Position numbers and translations under genes: made by a program. From NCBI GenBank assembly GCA_946055075.1, contig CAMGEN010000006.1, positions 1-62,973 on the forward strand: a stretch of DNA of 62,973 bases, written 5' to 3'. Below the pieces are notes generated by a model. The model made no database searches. It had not been told where the DNA came from and worked only from the letters and a program-made list of their open reading frames with translations. How positions within the stretch are numbered: position 1 is the first letter of the stretch; each line of letters starts with the position of its first letter. Shown piece by piece: positions 10,137-19,311 of this stretch. The DNA is from an uncultured Verrucomicrobiota bacterium. GTDB taxonomy: Bacteria > Verrucomicrobiota > Kiritimatiellia > RFP12 > UBA1067.

Positions 10137-10907
10137 TTACCAGGTCATGCGCGTCGGAATGCCGCTCGCGTCCATAACCATCTTGATATCGGAAATCGTA
10201 TACTCGCCGGTATGGATCATGCCGGCGACGATAGCTGCATCGGCATTGGCCTCGTTGAACACGGTGACGAAATGCTCGGGTTTACCAGCGCCGCCAGATG
10301 CCACCACGGGCACATTAACCGCATTTGCGATAAGACCCGTAATCTCTAGCTCGAACCCAGCCCGGGTGCCGTCGGCATCGACGGAATTCACGACGATTTC
10401 GCCGACCCCAAGATCCTCGGCACGCTTAGCCCACTCGACCGCGTCCATGCCGGTGAACTCACGAAAACCGCGGGTAGTGACCTCGAATCCGGAAGCGGTC
10501 TTACCGCTCCTGACCGGATCCATACCCAACACCACGCATTGCGAACCGAACGCCTTCGCCCCCTCGGCGATGATCGCGGGATTCCTCACCGCCAGCGAAT
10601 TCACCGACACCTTCTCAGCCCCGGCGAGAACCACTCGTTCCATATCGGCGATACAGCTAACGCCGCCACCGACCGCAAATGGAATGCGCACAGACTTCGC
10701 CACGGCCGCGACGATGCCGATATCAATCGGACGGTGCTCAGCGGAGGCGGTGATATCATAGAACACCAGCTCGTCCGCTCCGCCGTCCGAATAACGAACC
10801 GCCATCTCAACCGGATCTCCCAGATCAACATTGTTCTTGAACTTTACGCCCTTCGTGACGCGCCCGTTAATCACATCCAGACACGGGATAATACGTTTAG
10901 TAAGCAT
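10137..10907 (-). CDS. hisF: Imidazole glycerol phosphate synthase, cyclase subunit
   Basis: MLTKRIIPCLDV, ADELVFYDITAS, DADGT and ASGGAG motifs. Confidence 0.97.
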   Translation of the reverse strand: MLTKRIIPCLDVINGRVTKGVKFKNNVDLGDPVEMAVRYSDGGADELVFYDITASAEHRPIDIGIVAAVAKSVRIPFAVGGGVSCIADMERVVLAGAEKVSVNSLAVRNPAIIAEGAKAFGSQCVVLGMDPVRSGKTASGFEVTTRGFREFTGMDAVEWAKRAEDLGVGEIVVNSVDADGTRAGFELEITGLIANAVNVPVVASGGAGKPEHFVTVFNEANADAAIVAGMIHTGEYTISDIKMVMDASGIPTRMTW

Positions 10908-10957
10908 ATGCAAAAAATTGAAGTGTTAGAATAACGTTGAATTGGGCAGCTGGGAAG

Positions 10958-11548
10958 TCACAACGCCAGCCATTCGCGCAACAGCGAGAGCCCCACACGG
11001 CCAGACTTCTCGGGATGGAACTGACATGCCCAGAGCTTCCCGCGTTTCACCATCGCCGTAAATTCAAGACCCGCATACCCGGTGAAACCGACGGTCTCCG
11101 GCACCACCTCAGCGTAATACGAATGGACGAAGTAGTACTCCGCGTCCTTCAACGCACCGACCGCATCACGCATCCGCACCTGGTTCCAGCCGATCTCCGG
11201 AACCTTGAAACCCTTCACATCGGGGAAGCGCCGAACCATTCCGTTGATAATTCGCAGGGTATCAACGCCGCCATCCTCCTCCGAACGATCAAACAGGATC
11301 TGCATGCCGAGGCAGATACCGAGAAACGGCTTACCCGATGCAGCGGCAGACTTAACCGCATCAACAAGATGCAACGAACGGAGATTCTCCATCGCGCTCT
11401 TCGCCGCACCGACCCCTGGGAACACCACCCGGTCCGCCGAAGCGATCACCTCGGGATCGCTCGTAACCACCGCATCTTCACCGATGGAGGCAAACGCGAG
11501 ATTAACACTCGTGAGATTACCCGCCTTGTAATCGACAATAGCCGTCAT
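10958..11548 (-). CDS. hisH: Imidazole glycerol phosphate synthase, glutaminase subunit
   Basis: IVDYKAGNL, PGVG, GICLGMQ, YFVHSY and QFHPEKS motifs. Confidence 0.96.
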   Translation of the reverse strand: MTAIVDYKAGNLTSVNLAFASIGEDAVVTSDPEVIASADRVVFPGVGAAKSAMENLRSLHLVDAVKSAAASGKPFLGICLGMQILFDRSEEDGGVDTLRIINGMVRRFPDVKGFKVPEIGWNQVRMRDAVGALKDAEYYFVHSYYAEVVPETVGFTGYAGLEFTAMVKRGKLWACQFHPEKSGRVGLSLLREWLAL

Positions 11549-11567
11549 ATTCTCATCCAATCCAATT

Positions 11568-12389
11568 TTAAAAACCCAGCAACCGCCTCGCGTTGCCCGA
11601 GAAAAGCGCTTCATGATCAGCGGCAGACCGAACCGCCCGCACATGCGAAATCGCCTCCGAATACTCCACCCACGGGAAATCGGTCGCGAAAAGGATGCGG
11701 TCCGTAGGCCACGACCTCAAGATACGGACCTCTTCGTCATAATGCCATCGGCAGGCAAGCGCAGAAGTGTCGATCCAGACCCCGCGCTCAAGCAACACAT
11801 CCGTGGCATGCGGTCCATACCGGAAGCAGCCCCCGAGATGCGCGGCAACGAACCGCAGCGACGGAATCTGGTCCATCAGCTTCGCAATCTCGTCCGGACC
11901 GCAATAGCCGCGAACATCCTTCCACGAGACGTCGCCGCCAGCATGGCATTGCACAATCAATCCTAAATCGGCAATTTTCCCGAAGATCGGCAGCACTGCA
12001 GGATCAGCCAACGAGAAGCCCTGATAATACGGATGAAACTTGATTCCCTTTACCCCGGCCCTGGCGAATGCCTCCACATGCGCCGGTGCATCGGGATCGA
12101 GAGGATGCACCGAACCGAACGGGATCAGCATCCGCTGCGCCCGCTCGCCGAACTCGCCAGACATGATCGCGGACGAACGACGCAAAATGAACTCCCACTG
12201 ATTCGGACGCGTCGCAATCTGACACAGAACAGCCTTATCGACGCCCGCCTTCACCATCGAGTCAAGATGGTTCGGCATCGTACCGTCACCGCTCGGCCAC
12301 AGCACTCCTTCAGTCTGACGACACATCGCCGCCATCGCCCTGCCGGCGACTTCAGCTGGAAAATCATGACTATGGAAATCGACAATCAT
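11568..12389 (-). CDS. Amidohydrolase_2 family protein
   Basis: IVDFHSH, GIKFHP, AAHLGG, FATDFP and NARRLL motifs. Confidence 0.85.
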   Translation of the reverse strand: MIVDFHSHDFPAEVAGRAMAAMCRQTEGVLWPSGDGTMPNHLDSMVKAGVDKAVLCQIATRPNQWEFILRRSSAIMSGEFGERAQRMLIPFGSVHPLDPDAPAHVEAFARAGVKGIKFHPYYQGFSLADPAVLPIFGKIADLGLIVQCHAGGDVSWKDVRGYCGPDEIAKLMDQIPSLRFVAAHLGGCFRYGPHATDVLLERGVWIDTSALACRWHYDEEVRILRSWPTDRILFATDFPWVEYSEAISHVRAVRSAADHEALFSGNARRLLGF

Positions 12390-12496
12390 TTGGGACGTAT
12401 TATATCAAAAACCATTGCATTTATAGCAAGCCAATGAAGCGAAACCGAATGAGTAAACACTGACGCCGAAGAACGCACGCGGAATCTTCGAATTTA

Positions 12497-12505
12497 TGAT
12501 ATACT
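12497..12505 (+). promoter_or_regulatory. Extended -10 promoter (TGATATACT) for tmRNA
   Basis: TGnTATACT lies 17 nt upstream of the mature tmRNA 5' end. Confidence 0.6.
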
Positions 12506-12522
12506 AACACCAAATCCCTAAT

Positions 12523-12874
12523 GGGGGTGATCCGGTTTCGACGGGATGCGTTGAGGTCGGGTTGCGTGTCGAGGACGGCTGGTTGGCCTCGTTAATCATC
12601 CGGTCAAAACTGTAATTGCGAACAACGATTACGCTCTCGCCGCCTAATTAACGGCCGCGATGTCGAAGCGCTGACGTCCGATAAGCGCTGAGGCATAATT
12701 CATCGGGCTACGTTGCAGGGCTCTCCGCTCGGGCGCTGCAGGGTACCGAACCGAACGGATGGTCGGGGCTTAGCGCGTGTGTCCGCTTGCTCCTTCCGAG
12801 ATTAAAGGCATAATAAACACGTAGACGCTCGGTTGATTCCATTTCGGACAGGGGTTCGACTCCCCTCACCTCCA
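12523..12874 (+). ncRNA. ssrA: tmRNA
   Basis: 5' GGGGGTG pairs with 3' CACCTCC-A, giving the G3.U70 alanine determinant. T-loop GGTTCGACTCC is present. The tag ORF at 12618-12647 reads ANNDYALAA*. CCA is not encoded. Confidence 0.97.
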
Positions 12875-13007
12875 AAAATAGGGAATAGGTTATAGGGAAT
12901 AGTGAATAGGTATGGAAGCTGAAGTATTTTGTTTATTTGTTGCGTCGAGCATCTTCTAAGACCTATTCCCTATTTTTGGAAACTATTCGTTATTCACTAT
13001 AACCTAT
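12871..13007 (+). repeat. Heptamer-based (GGGAATA) inverted-repeat leader
   Basis: Perfect 20-bp inverted repeat at 12871-12890/12961-12980. A second 25-bp stem is possible at 12885-12909/12983-13007. Confidence 0.9.
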
Positions 13008-13042
13008 AATCTGCACTCACCAAGCAAAGAAAGGCAAAAACG

Positions 13043-13396
13043 ATGACCGAATCCTTAATGCTGAAGAAGTCCAAAGCATTCGCGCTGCGCATTGTTCGCC
13101 TTTACAAGTACTTGCGCGACCATAAGGAGTCGGTTATCGCCAAGCAAATGCTGCGCGCGGGCACCTCGATCGGCGCGAACATCGCCGAAAGCCGTTATGC
13201 GCAGAGCAAGGCTGACTTCGCCTCCAAGTTGCAGATCGCGCTCAAGGAAGCGTCGGAAACGCAGTATTGGATCGAGCTTCTGCGTGATGCCGAATTGGTC
13301 GAGCCCGGTCCGGCATTCGATTCCATCTGCGATGATTGCACTGACCTCCTCCGCCTCCTGACCGCAAGCGTCAAAACGGTGAAAACGGAGTCATGA
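13043..13396 (+). CDS. Four-helix-bundle protein (TIGR02436, 23S rRNA IVS-protein-like)
   Basis: KSKAFALRIVRLY, KQMLRAGTSIGANIAE, DFASKLQIALKEASETQYWIELL; 117 aa. Confidence 0.92.
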   Translation: MTESLMLKKSKAFALRIVRLYKYLRDHKESVIAKQMLRAGTSIGANIAESRYAQSKADFASKLQIALKEASETQYWIELLRDAELVEPGPAFDSICDDCTDLLRLLTASVKTVKTES

Positions 13397-13529
13397 CAAC
13401 GGTGACGCGTGAGCCCCCATTGTCCTCTAACGGCGAAAATGCTAAACATCCGCACTTCGACTGCGAACTTAATTGCGATGTCGTCTGGAATTCCGCAAGG
13501 TGTCGGAATAGAGAATTCCGCAGCGATCA

Positions 13530-16031
13530 TCAACGCGGACGGACACGGCGCGTGGCGACGGCGGAAAACGGATCCTCCGGCCAGTAGTGCTTCGGATAAC
13601 GGCCGCGGAGGTCCTTACGGACCAATTGGTACCCTTCTTTCCAAAAGCCGGCGAGATCCTTGGTAACGGCGCACGGACGCTGCGCCGGGGAAAGAAGCGT
13701 CATCACGATTGGCACCTTCCCGCCTGAGACCTTCGGCGTCTCCATGAGTCCGAAACACTCCTGCAGCCGCACCTCCACCGTCGGCTCGTCACCTTCATAA
13801 TGAATGATCATGTGCGAACCCGACGGCACTTCCATCCGCACCGGTGCCAGGCGGTCGAGTTCACGCCGGTCGTGTCCGTTATCAGAAAGGATGAAATCCA
13901 TCACTGCGGCGATATCGAGTTTCTCAAGATCCTTCCACTTCGTCATCCCGTCCACGAACCCAGGGAGAGCGGAAAGAATCAGATCGTCACTCATTTGCGG
14001 CCAGCTTGCAGATGAGTTGAAGTTAGAATCCGAAGTTGAACAACGGAGGGAGTCGTCTTCTGAAAGAACGCGGTGAAGAAAGTTGATGCGGGCACGAAGC
14101 TGAAGCGTCTCCTTGGTCCAGCACGGAAGATTCTCCACCCCCTTCAACCGAACACCTTCTATCAGGGCTCTGACCATCCGCTCTTCAACTTCAACTTCAC
14201 ACTTCAACTCAGGCCGCTCCCCCAGCGTCATCGCTCCGAGCCTGCGCTTCACCACCGCCTTCACCCGTTCGCTCTTGCGGTCCCATTCGCAGAACGGTTC
14301 CTCTACGATGCGGTCCGCGAAAAGCGTTTCGATCTCCGACTCAAGAATCGGACACGCGAGAAAGATCTTCGCGTCTCCCATCCGGTCGTCGAGCTCACAG
14401 CAGACGAGATACGGCTCGCGGGACAGCGGATCGTCATCGGGCAGGAACGCGCCGCGTCCGGACACCATCGTGAACGTGCCGTTACCTCGGTTCTTCGCGA
14501 CGCGATCCGGATACGCGAGCGCGAGAGCCGCCGAAGGCTGCAGTGCAGAGCGAAGAGCGAAGAGTGATGTGTTATGGTGGGAAAATCTCTTAGCCAGCTG
14601 TCGAATACGAGGAGTAACCGGAACGTAACGGATATCCGTTTCCCGACTACGAGAGCCTTCTTCGATTATCGCCGCATACAGCGAGATCTTGTCTTCATCT
14701 ATTCCTAATTCTTCATTCTTAATTCTCTCTTCCCCGCCGAGATGTTTCTCGCCGGTGGCGAGGAACATATTGGCGAGGCGCGGATGCATCGGGAGCTTCG
14801 CCATCGCCTTGCCCTTCGCGGTGAGATTGCCGCGGTCATCGAGGGCGCCGAGTAGTTTCAGAAGTCCTACGGACTGATCCCAGGCGCTTGCCGGCGGCGG
14901 CGTCATCCACGGCAGATCCTCCCGGCGGAGCGCGCCCCAGGCGCAGCTCGTGAGCACCAGCGAACAGAGATCGGCATCGAGGATCTCGGGCATCATCTTC
15001 TTCGGACGCGAAGCCTCCGATGCCTCGGTCCAGAGCCGGTAGCAGACACCCGCACGGACACGTCCCGCGCGCCCCCTGCGCTGTTCGGCACGGTCCTGCG
15101 TAAGCGGCAAGGTGACCAATCCCGACATTCCCGTTGAAGGCGAGAAACGCGGCACACGCATAAGTCCCGAATCGACAACCGCCGTCACCCCTTCAAGAGT
15201 CACCGAGGTTTCGGCGATCGAGGTCGCGAGCACGATCTTGCGTTTATCTGACGGACGGAACACCTTGTCCTGCTCCTCCTTCGACAGCGAGCCATACAAC
15301 GGAAGAACAAGAGGTTGAGGTTGAAGATTGAGGTTGAGGACGGAATCCAGATTCCTTTTGATCTCACCTTCGCCTGGGAGGAAGCAGAGGATATCGCCGT
15401 CCGTTTCACGATAGGCCTGCGCAACCGCCGCGGACATCGGAACCTCGCCGAGATACTTCGTCTCGACCGGAAACATACGACCCTGCGCGATAACGCGTGC
15501 AGGTTGAAGCCCAGCGGTCGAGGTCGAGAGGGAATCTACCACTTCATCAGCGTCGAGCGTAGCGGACATCACGACGATACGGAGATCGGGACGGAGCGCG
15601 TTCTTCACCTCGAGCGCCAGCGCATAAGCGAGATCGCACTGCAGCGAGCGTTCATGGAATTCATCGAAGATGACGAGTCCAACATCTGACAGTTCCGGAT
15701 CGGACATTATCCGCTGCGTGAGAAGCCCTTCGGTCACCACCTCCAGCCTCGTCGACTTGGAAATCATCCGTTCTAATCGCACCTGATAACCGATTGTTCC
15801 GCCTACCGCCTCGCCGCGCTTCTTCGCGATATACGCCGCGCAATTGCGTGCCGCAAGCCGACGGGGTTCGAGCATCACGATCTTCTTACCTTGAAGCCAT
15901 GGCTCGTCAAGCAGCGCCGGCGGCACACAGGTGGTCTTACCGCTTCCTGGCGGAGCGGTCAGGACGACATCATGTCCCGCCGATAACGTGGACCTGATCT
16001 CGCCGATCTTCTCCTCGACGGGGAACATCAA
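13530..16031 (-). CDS. hrpB: ATP-dependent RNA helicase HrpB
   Basis: APPGSGKTT, LEPRRLAAR, DEFHER, MSAT, QRRGRAGR and C-terminal GRYPKHYWP motifs. Confidence 0.95.
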   Translation of the reverse strand: MMFPVEEKIGEIRSTLSAGHDVVLTAPPGSGKTTCVPPALLDEPWLQGKKIVMLEPRRLAARNCAAYIAKKRGEAVGGTIGYQVRLERMISKSTRLEVVTEGLLTQRIMSDPELSDVGLVIFDEFHERSLQCDLAYALALEVKNALRPDLRIVVMSATLDADEVVDSLSTSTAGLQPARVIAQGRMFPVETKYLGEVPMSAAVAQAYRETDGDILCFLPGEGEIKRNLDSVLNLNLQPQPLVLPLYGSLSKEEQDKVFRPSDKRKIVLATSIAETSVTLEGVTAVVDSGLMRVPRFSPSTGMSGLVTLPLTQDRAEQRRGRAGRVRAGVCYRLWTEASEASRPKKMMPEILDADLCSLVLTSCAWGALRREDLPWMTPPPASAWDQSVGLLKLLGALDDRGNLTAKGKAMAKLPMHPRLANMFLATGEKHLGGEERIKNEELGIDEDKISLYAAIIEEGSRSRETDIRYVPVTPRIRQLAKRFSHHNTSLFALRSALQPSAALALAYPDRVAKNRGNGTFTMVSGRGAFLPDDDPLSREPYLVCCELDDRMGDAKIFLACPILESEIETLFADRIVEEPFCEWDRKSERVKAVVKRRLGAMTLGERPELKCEVEVEERMVRALIEGVRLKGVENLPCWTKETLQLRARINFLHRVLSEDDSLRCSTSDSNFNSSASWPQMSDDLILSALPGFVDGMTKWKDLEKLDIAAVMDFILSDNGHDRRELDRLAPVRMEVPSGSHMIIHYEGDEPTVEVRLQECFGLMETPKVSGGKVPIVMTLLSPAQRPCAVTKDLAGFWKEGYQLVRKDLRGRYPKHYWPEDPFSAVATRRVRPR
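14014..14210. repeat. 33-bp imperfect inverted-repeat pair inside hrpB
   Basis: 14014-14046 against 14178-14210: 26/33 Watson-Crick pairs. Confidence 0.85.
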
Positions 16032-16822
16032 TCAAGGACCTTGTAGGTCGGGCCTTCGCCCGAGTAGGAGTCGAGCCCCGAAAATCCGCGGCGCGTGTAT
16101 TCGACGAACTCCTCGGCGGGCACACCCTTCTTCACCTTCGGTCGTTCGCCGAAGAGGACAGTGCCGAGACGCACCCAGGTCGCTCCTTCCTCGACCGCAA
16201 CCTCGTAGTCGCCGCTCATGCCCATCGAAAGCCGCGGCAATGAAATTCCGAACTTCTCCTCGGTGCGGTCGCGAAGTTCACGAAGCGCCCTGAACGTGGG
16301 ACGCGAGTCTTCGGGATTCTCACTGAACGGAGCCATCGTCATGAAACCCTCGAGCGTGATGCGCGAAGCGTGCTCCATCAGCACGCGGATCGCCTCGTCG
16401 ACTTCCGACGGCGGCATGCCAGTCTTGGACTTCTCGCCGGAGACGTTGACCTCGAGAAGAATGTGCGGCTGGGCACCAGTCGCTTCGGCGACAGATTCGA
16501 TCTTGTTGATCAGCTTTACCGAATCGACGGAGTGGATGAAGTCGAAGAGCTCGAGCGCAGGACGCACCTTGTTGCCCTGAAGGTGTCCGATAAGATGCCA
16601 CGACGGACCAGCCACGCTCGCGGGTTTCTTCCACGCAGCCTCCTGCACCTTGTTCTCGCCGACAATCGTAAGCCCAGCCTCCCAGGCCTCACGGACAACG
16701 TCTTCACCGTGTGTCTTGGTGACCGCGACGATCTCGACCTCGTCGGGATTGCGACCAACGCGCTTGCATGCCGCGGCGATTCTGCCGCGGACGGACTCCA
16801 GAATCTCGCTTATTTCCTGCAT
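16028..16822 (-). CDS. yggS: PLP homeostasis protein YggS
   Basis: VAVTKT, GENKVQE, WHLIGHLQGNK, LSMGMSGDY and VRLGT motifs. Start set at MQEIS. Confidence 0.93.
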   Translation of the reverse strand: MQEISEILESVRGRIAAACKRVGRNPDEVEIVAVTKTHGEDVVREAWEAGLTIVGENKVQEAAWKKPASVAGPSWHLIGHLQGNKVRPALELFDFIHSVDSVKLINKIESVAEATGAQPHILLEVNVSGEKSKTGMPPSEVDEAIRVLMEHASRITLEGFMTMAPFSENPEDSRPTFRALRELRDRTEEKFGISLPRLSMGMSGDYEVAVEEGATWVRLGTVLFGERPKVKKGVPAEEFVEYTRRGFSGLDSYSGEGPTYKVLD

Positions 16823-17511
16823 AGACTGTAAATCCACTTCCCACTGTCCCAGAAAAATCCGATGACGCCAGCATAGGCTGACAGAGTCCGCTCCACCAGC
16901 GACCCCCAGAGCTGGGCAAAGGTAAACGGAGTCATCGTTGCCAGCCATACGAGCACAAGCATGATGTTCACCATCAGGATAACGGCCCAAGAGAAAATTC
17001 GCCCATACAGCTTGACATCCGGCTGACGCTGCGCGAGTGTCTCAAGCGTAAACAGCACGTGAAACGCCCAGGTGAAGCCAATGGCGAACATCCACAGCGG
17101 GAGAAACGGCAACGGACGCAGGAACGCATAGGTTACGAGGGCCACAACGATTACCAGGAAGGTGTAGAACGGAAAGAAATAAGGCGCCAGTGTAATGATC
17201 ACATTAGATTTGGTAAGACGCACGCTGCCACCGCTTTCGCTTACACGGACATCGGAAGGCCGCGCTCCGAAAAGCAAACCCCACAACGCATGAGTGAGCT
17301 CATGCCCGAGCACATAAGCACGAACGGGATGTGAAAGCGTTGCCCAACAAAGTGCGAACGCCGCCATGCCGCCGAGCAACGAACACGACTCGGCCGACAA
17401 AGCGTTACCACCCTGGGCAGCGAAAACAAGTGCGTCAATCAATGATCGACAGAATGCCCAACAGAGCGGCAACAGCAGGACACCTAAAAGCATCCGGAGG
17501 AAATTCGCCAT
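16810..17511 (-). CDS. Membrane zinc metalloprotease-like protein (M50-like)
   Basis: HELTH (HExxH) in a multi-TM protein, with LAPYF. Confidence 0.7.
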   Translation of the reverse strand: MANFLRMLLGVLLLPLCWAFCRSLIDALVFAAQGGNALSAESCSLLGGMAAFALCWATLSHPVRAYVLGHELTHALWGLLFGARPSDVRVSESGGSVRLTKSNVIITLAPYFFPFYTFLVIVVALVTYAFLRPLPFLPLWMFAIGFTWAFHVLFTLETLAQRQPDVKLYGRIFSWAVILMVNIMLVLVWLATMTPFTFAQLWGSLVERTLSAYAGVIGFFWDSGKWIYSLCRK

Positions 17512-17802
17512 TTACTTCTCCTCGAAAACGAAGACGAGTTCACCGGGAAACACGCGTCGACGCTGGCGGGCGATAAGTTCGACGAAATCGCGATCGGAGC
17601 GAAAGCGACGCTGATTTTCGGAAAGCTTGCGGATCTCCTCGCGTTTTTGGGCAAGACGCTGATCCAGTTCAGATTCCTGCCGACGGAGCGACTGACCGCG
17701 CTGATAGGTCGGCCAGAGAAAGCACGCGCCGACCACGAGGATGCCGACAAACAGCGTCCGCGCGATCCAAGTAAAGATTCGATTCTTAAGTTCCGATTCC
17801 AT
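17512..17802 (-). CDS. Septum formation initiator (FtsB/DivIC-like)
   Basis: Single TM helix, coiled coil and C-terminal VELIAR...PGELVF. Confidence 0.8.
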   Translation of the reverse strand: MESELKNRIFTWIARTLFVGILVVGACFLWPTYQRGQSLRRQESELDQRLAQKREEIRKLSENQRRFRSDRDFVELIARQRRRVFPGELVFVFEEK

Positions 17803-17842
17803 CTGCGGAAATTATATCATAATCCGCGTGGTATTTGTGGAA

Positions 17843-19039
17843 TCAGAAACGGAAGGTGACGGACACTCCAGCCGCGTGGGATATACCACGATGAGCACGA
17901 TAATGATACAACCGTCCGTCAACGGTGTCACGACACTGCGTCTCCTTACCGTCCATTACAATCACTCCGTAGGTCATGGCGACCTCGACACGATCACAAG
18001 GCGACCAACACAACCCTGTAGAGATCATATGACGATCAGCGGCGGGGAGCATAGTGGATTCCTGATCGCCGCAACAGTCGTTCTCGTAGACATAGGACAG
18101 CATCGCCGTCCAATCCTCGGCGAAATCCCAGCTTGGCGCAATACCCACCCGCCAGGTGTCGTTCCACTCCAAACGAATAGGCTTATGGAATCCGTTGAGA
18201 TTGAAATCAAGAGTGTCGATGGACGACCACTGCGTCCAACTGACGGCGCCGCCGAGATGAACAGTATCGGTGATATCCCAATTGAACCCGCCAGTAACAG
18301 ACTGCGGCAGCTCAAGTTCGGTTTCCGCCGGGCCATTGACAACAGCAGCTGAAGCGACAGTGCCTGGATTTACATCCTTCGGCGAAACCTCGCTCTTGCC
18401 CTTGACGAAAACGGACGTGGACGACTTATAGACAAACCCGACAGCAAAGCTTTCAGTTACGTCATATTTAACGCCGATCTGATAACCGAAATCATTCATT
18501 CCGTTATCACCTTTGAGGCGGCTATTCATCCTGCCGTAATGTACACCGCCCACTCCGGCCCACGGGAGCTGAAACTGTTCGAAGTCAAAATAGAGAAATC
18601 GGAAACCAGCGCCAACCGAGAAATCCCCCCACTTCCACGCAAGATTTGGATTAATCGTAAAGGACATCACCGTCGTTTCGGTCGAATTCCAGTTCATAGT
18701 CCAGCTGTTATCATACGCAGAGCCCAATCCATACTCTGGCATAATACCGAGGCCGAATGCGAAATCCCATGGCAGCGGAACAACCGCTTGAAAACTTGGA
18801 AGCGGGAACACCCCAGGATCCATTTTCTCCGACTGATTGCCATCGACTTTAATCCTCGCCCGAGGATGTTCTGAAATACATCCAACCGTGATAGTGATAT
18901 TTGTAAGATCCGTCAATGTAGCAGGATTGAAAAAATTCGCAGAACCATCCGCCGCCCTTCCAATCACGGTTCCTCCCAAGGCATAAGTCTTAGCCGAGGC
19001 CTCATAAAGCCCAAATCCGCCGGCATATACCGACGCGGA
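17843..19039 (-). pseudogene. FadL/OmpP1/TodX-family outer-membrane channel, 5'-truncated
   Basis: The frame reads SASVYA-GGFGLYEASA...NFFNPA, INPNLAW, and ends in FRF. An in-frame TAA at 19040-19042 inside the dispersed repeat leaves no start codon before the signal-peptide remnant. Confidence 0.75.
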
Positions 19040-19118
19040 TTAAGCGAGCACCAGCGCCGAATCGCCCCCGGCTCGAAAGCTTTGCGTGCATCAATTCAAA
19101 AAAGTGGGATAAGGGTGG
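19030..19118. repeat. 89-bp dispersed repeat, copy 2
   Basis: 84/89 identical to 10-98, in the same orientation. Confidence 0.9.
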
Positions 19119-19220
19119 CTACAGCCGGATTTTCCGGTGCTTTGCCAGAGTGAACGCAACTTTAGATTTTGTTTAGTTGGTCAAAGTGGGAAAAGCATAG
19201 GTTGATTGGGCTGCTTCGGG

Positions 19221-19286
19221 CGGGAAGCTCGTCCCGGTCAACGCTCGGCCTCATGAGTTCGCGCATTCGGCAAGACGAGCTTCCCG
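19221..19286. repeat. Perfect 13-bp inverted repeat with a 40-nt loop
   Basis: CGGGAAGCTCGTC at 19221-19233 and GACGAGCTTCCCG at 19274-19286. Confidence 0.8.
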
Positions 19287-19311
19287 AACGAGGACGGACA
19301 GGAAAATTAGC

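Noticed and set aside
13043-13396. Diversity-generating retroelement, suggested by the Avd-like fold
   Set aside because: No reverse transcriptase is present. The only long repeat pair (10-98/19030-19118) is intergenic and its mismatches are not adenine-specific on one copy.
12860-13780. Prophage or island integrated at tmRNA
   Set aside because: There is no integrase and no convincing duplication of the tmRNA 3' end. CACCTCCA near 13770 is only 8 bp and lies inside hrpB.
19040-19092. Stop readthrough or programmed frameshift rescuing fadL from ATG 19092
   Set aside because: The ATG is in another frame. Rescue would need a frameshift plus TAA readthrough, or a shift after the TAA that gives a leader with no hydrophobic core.
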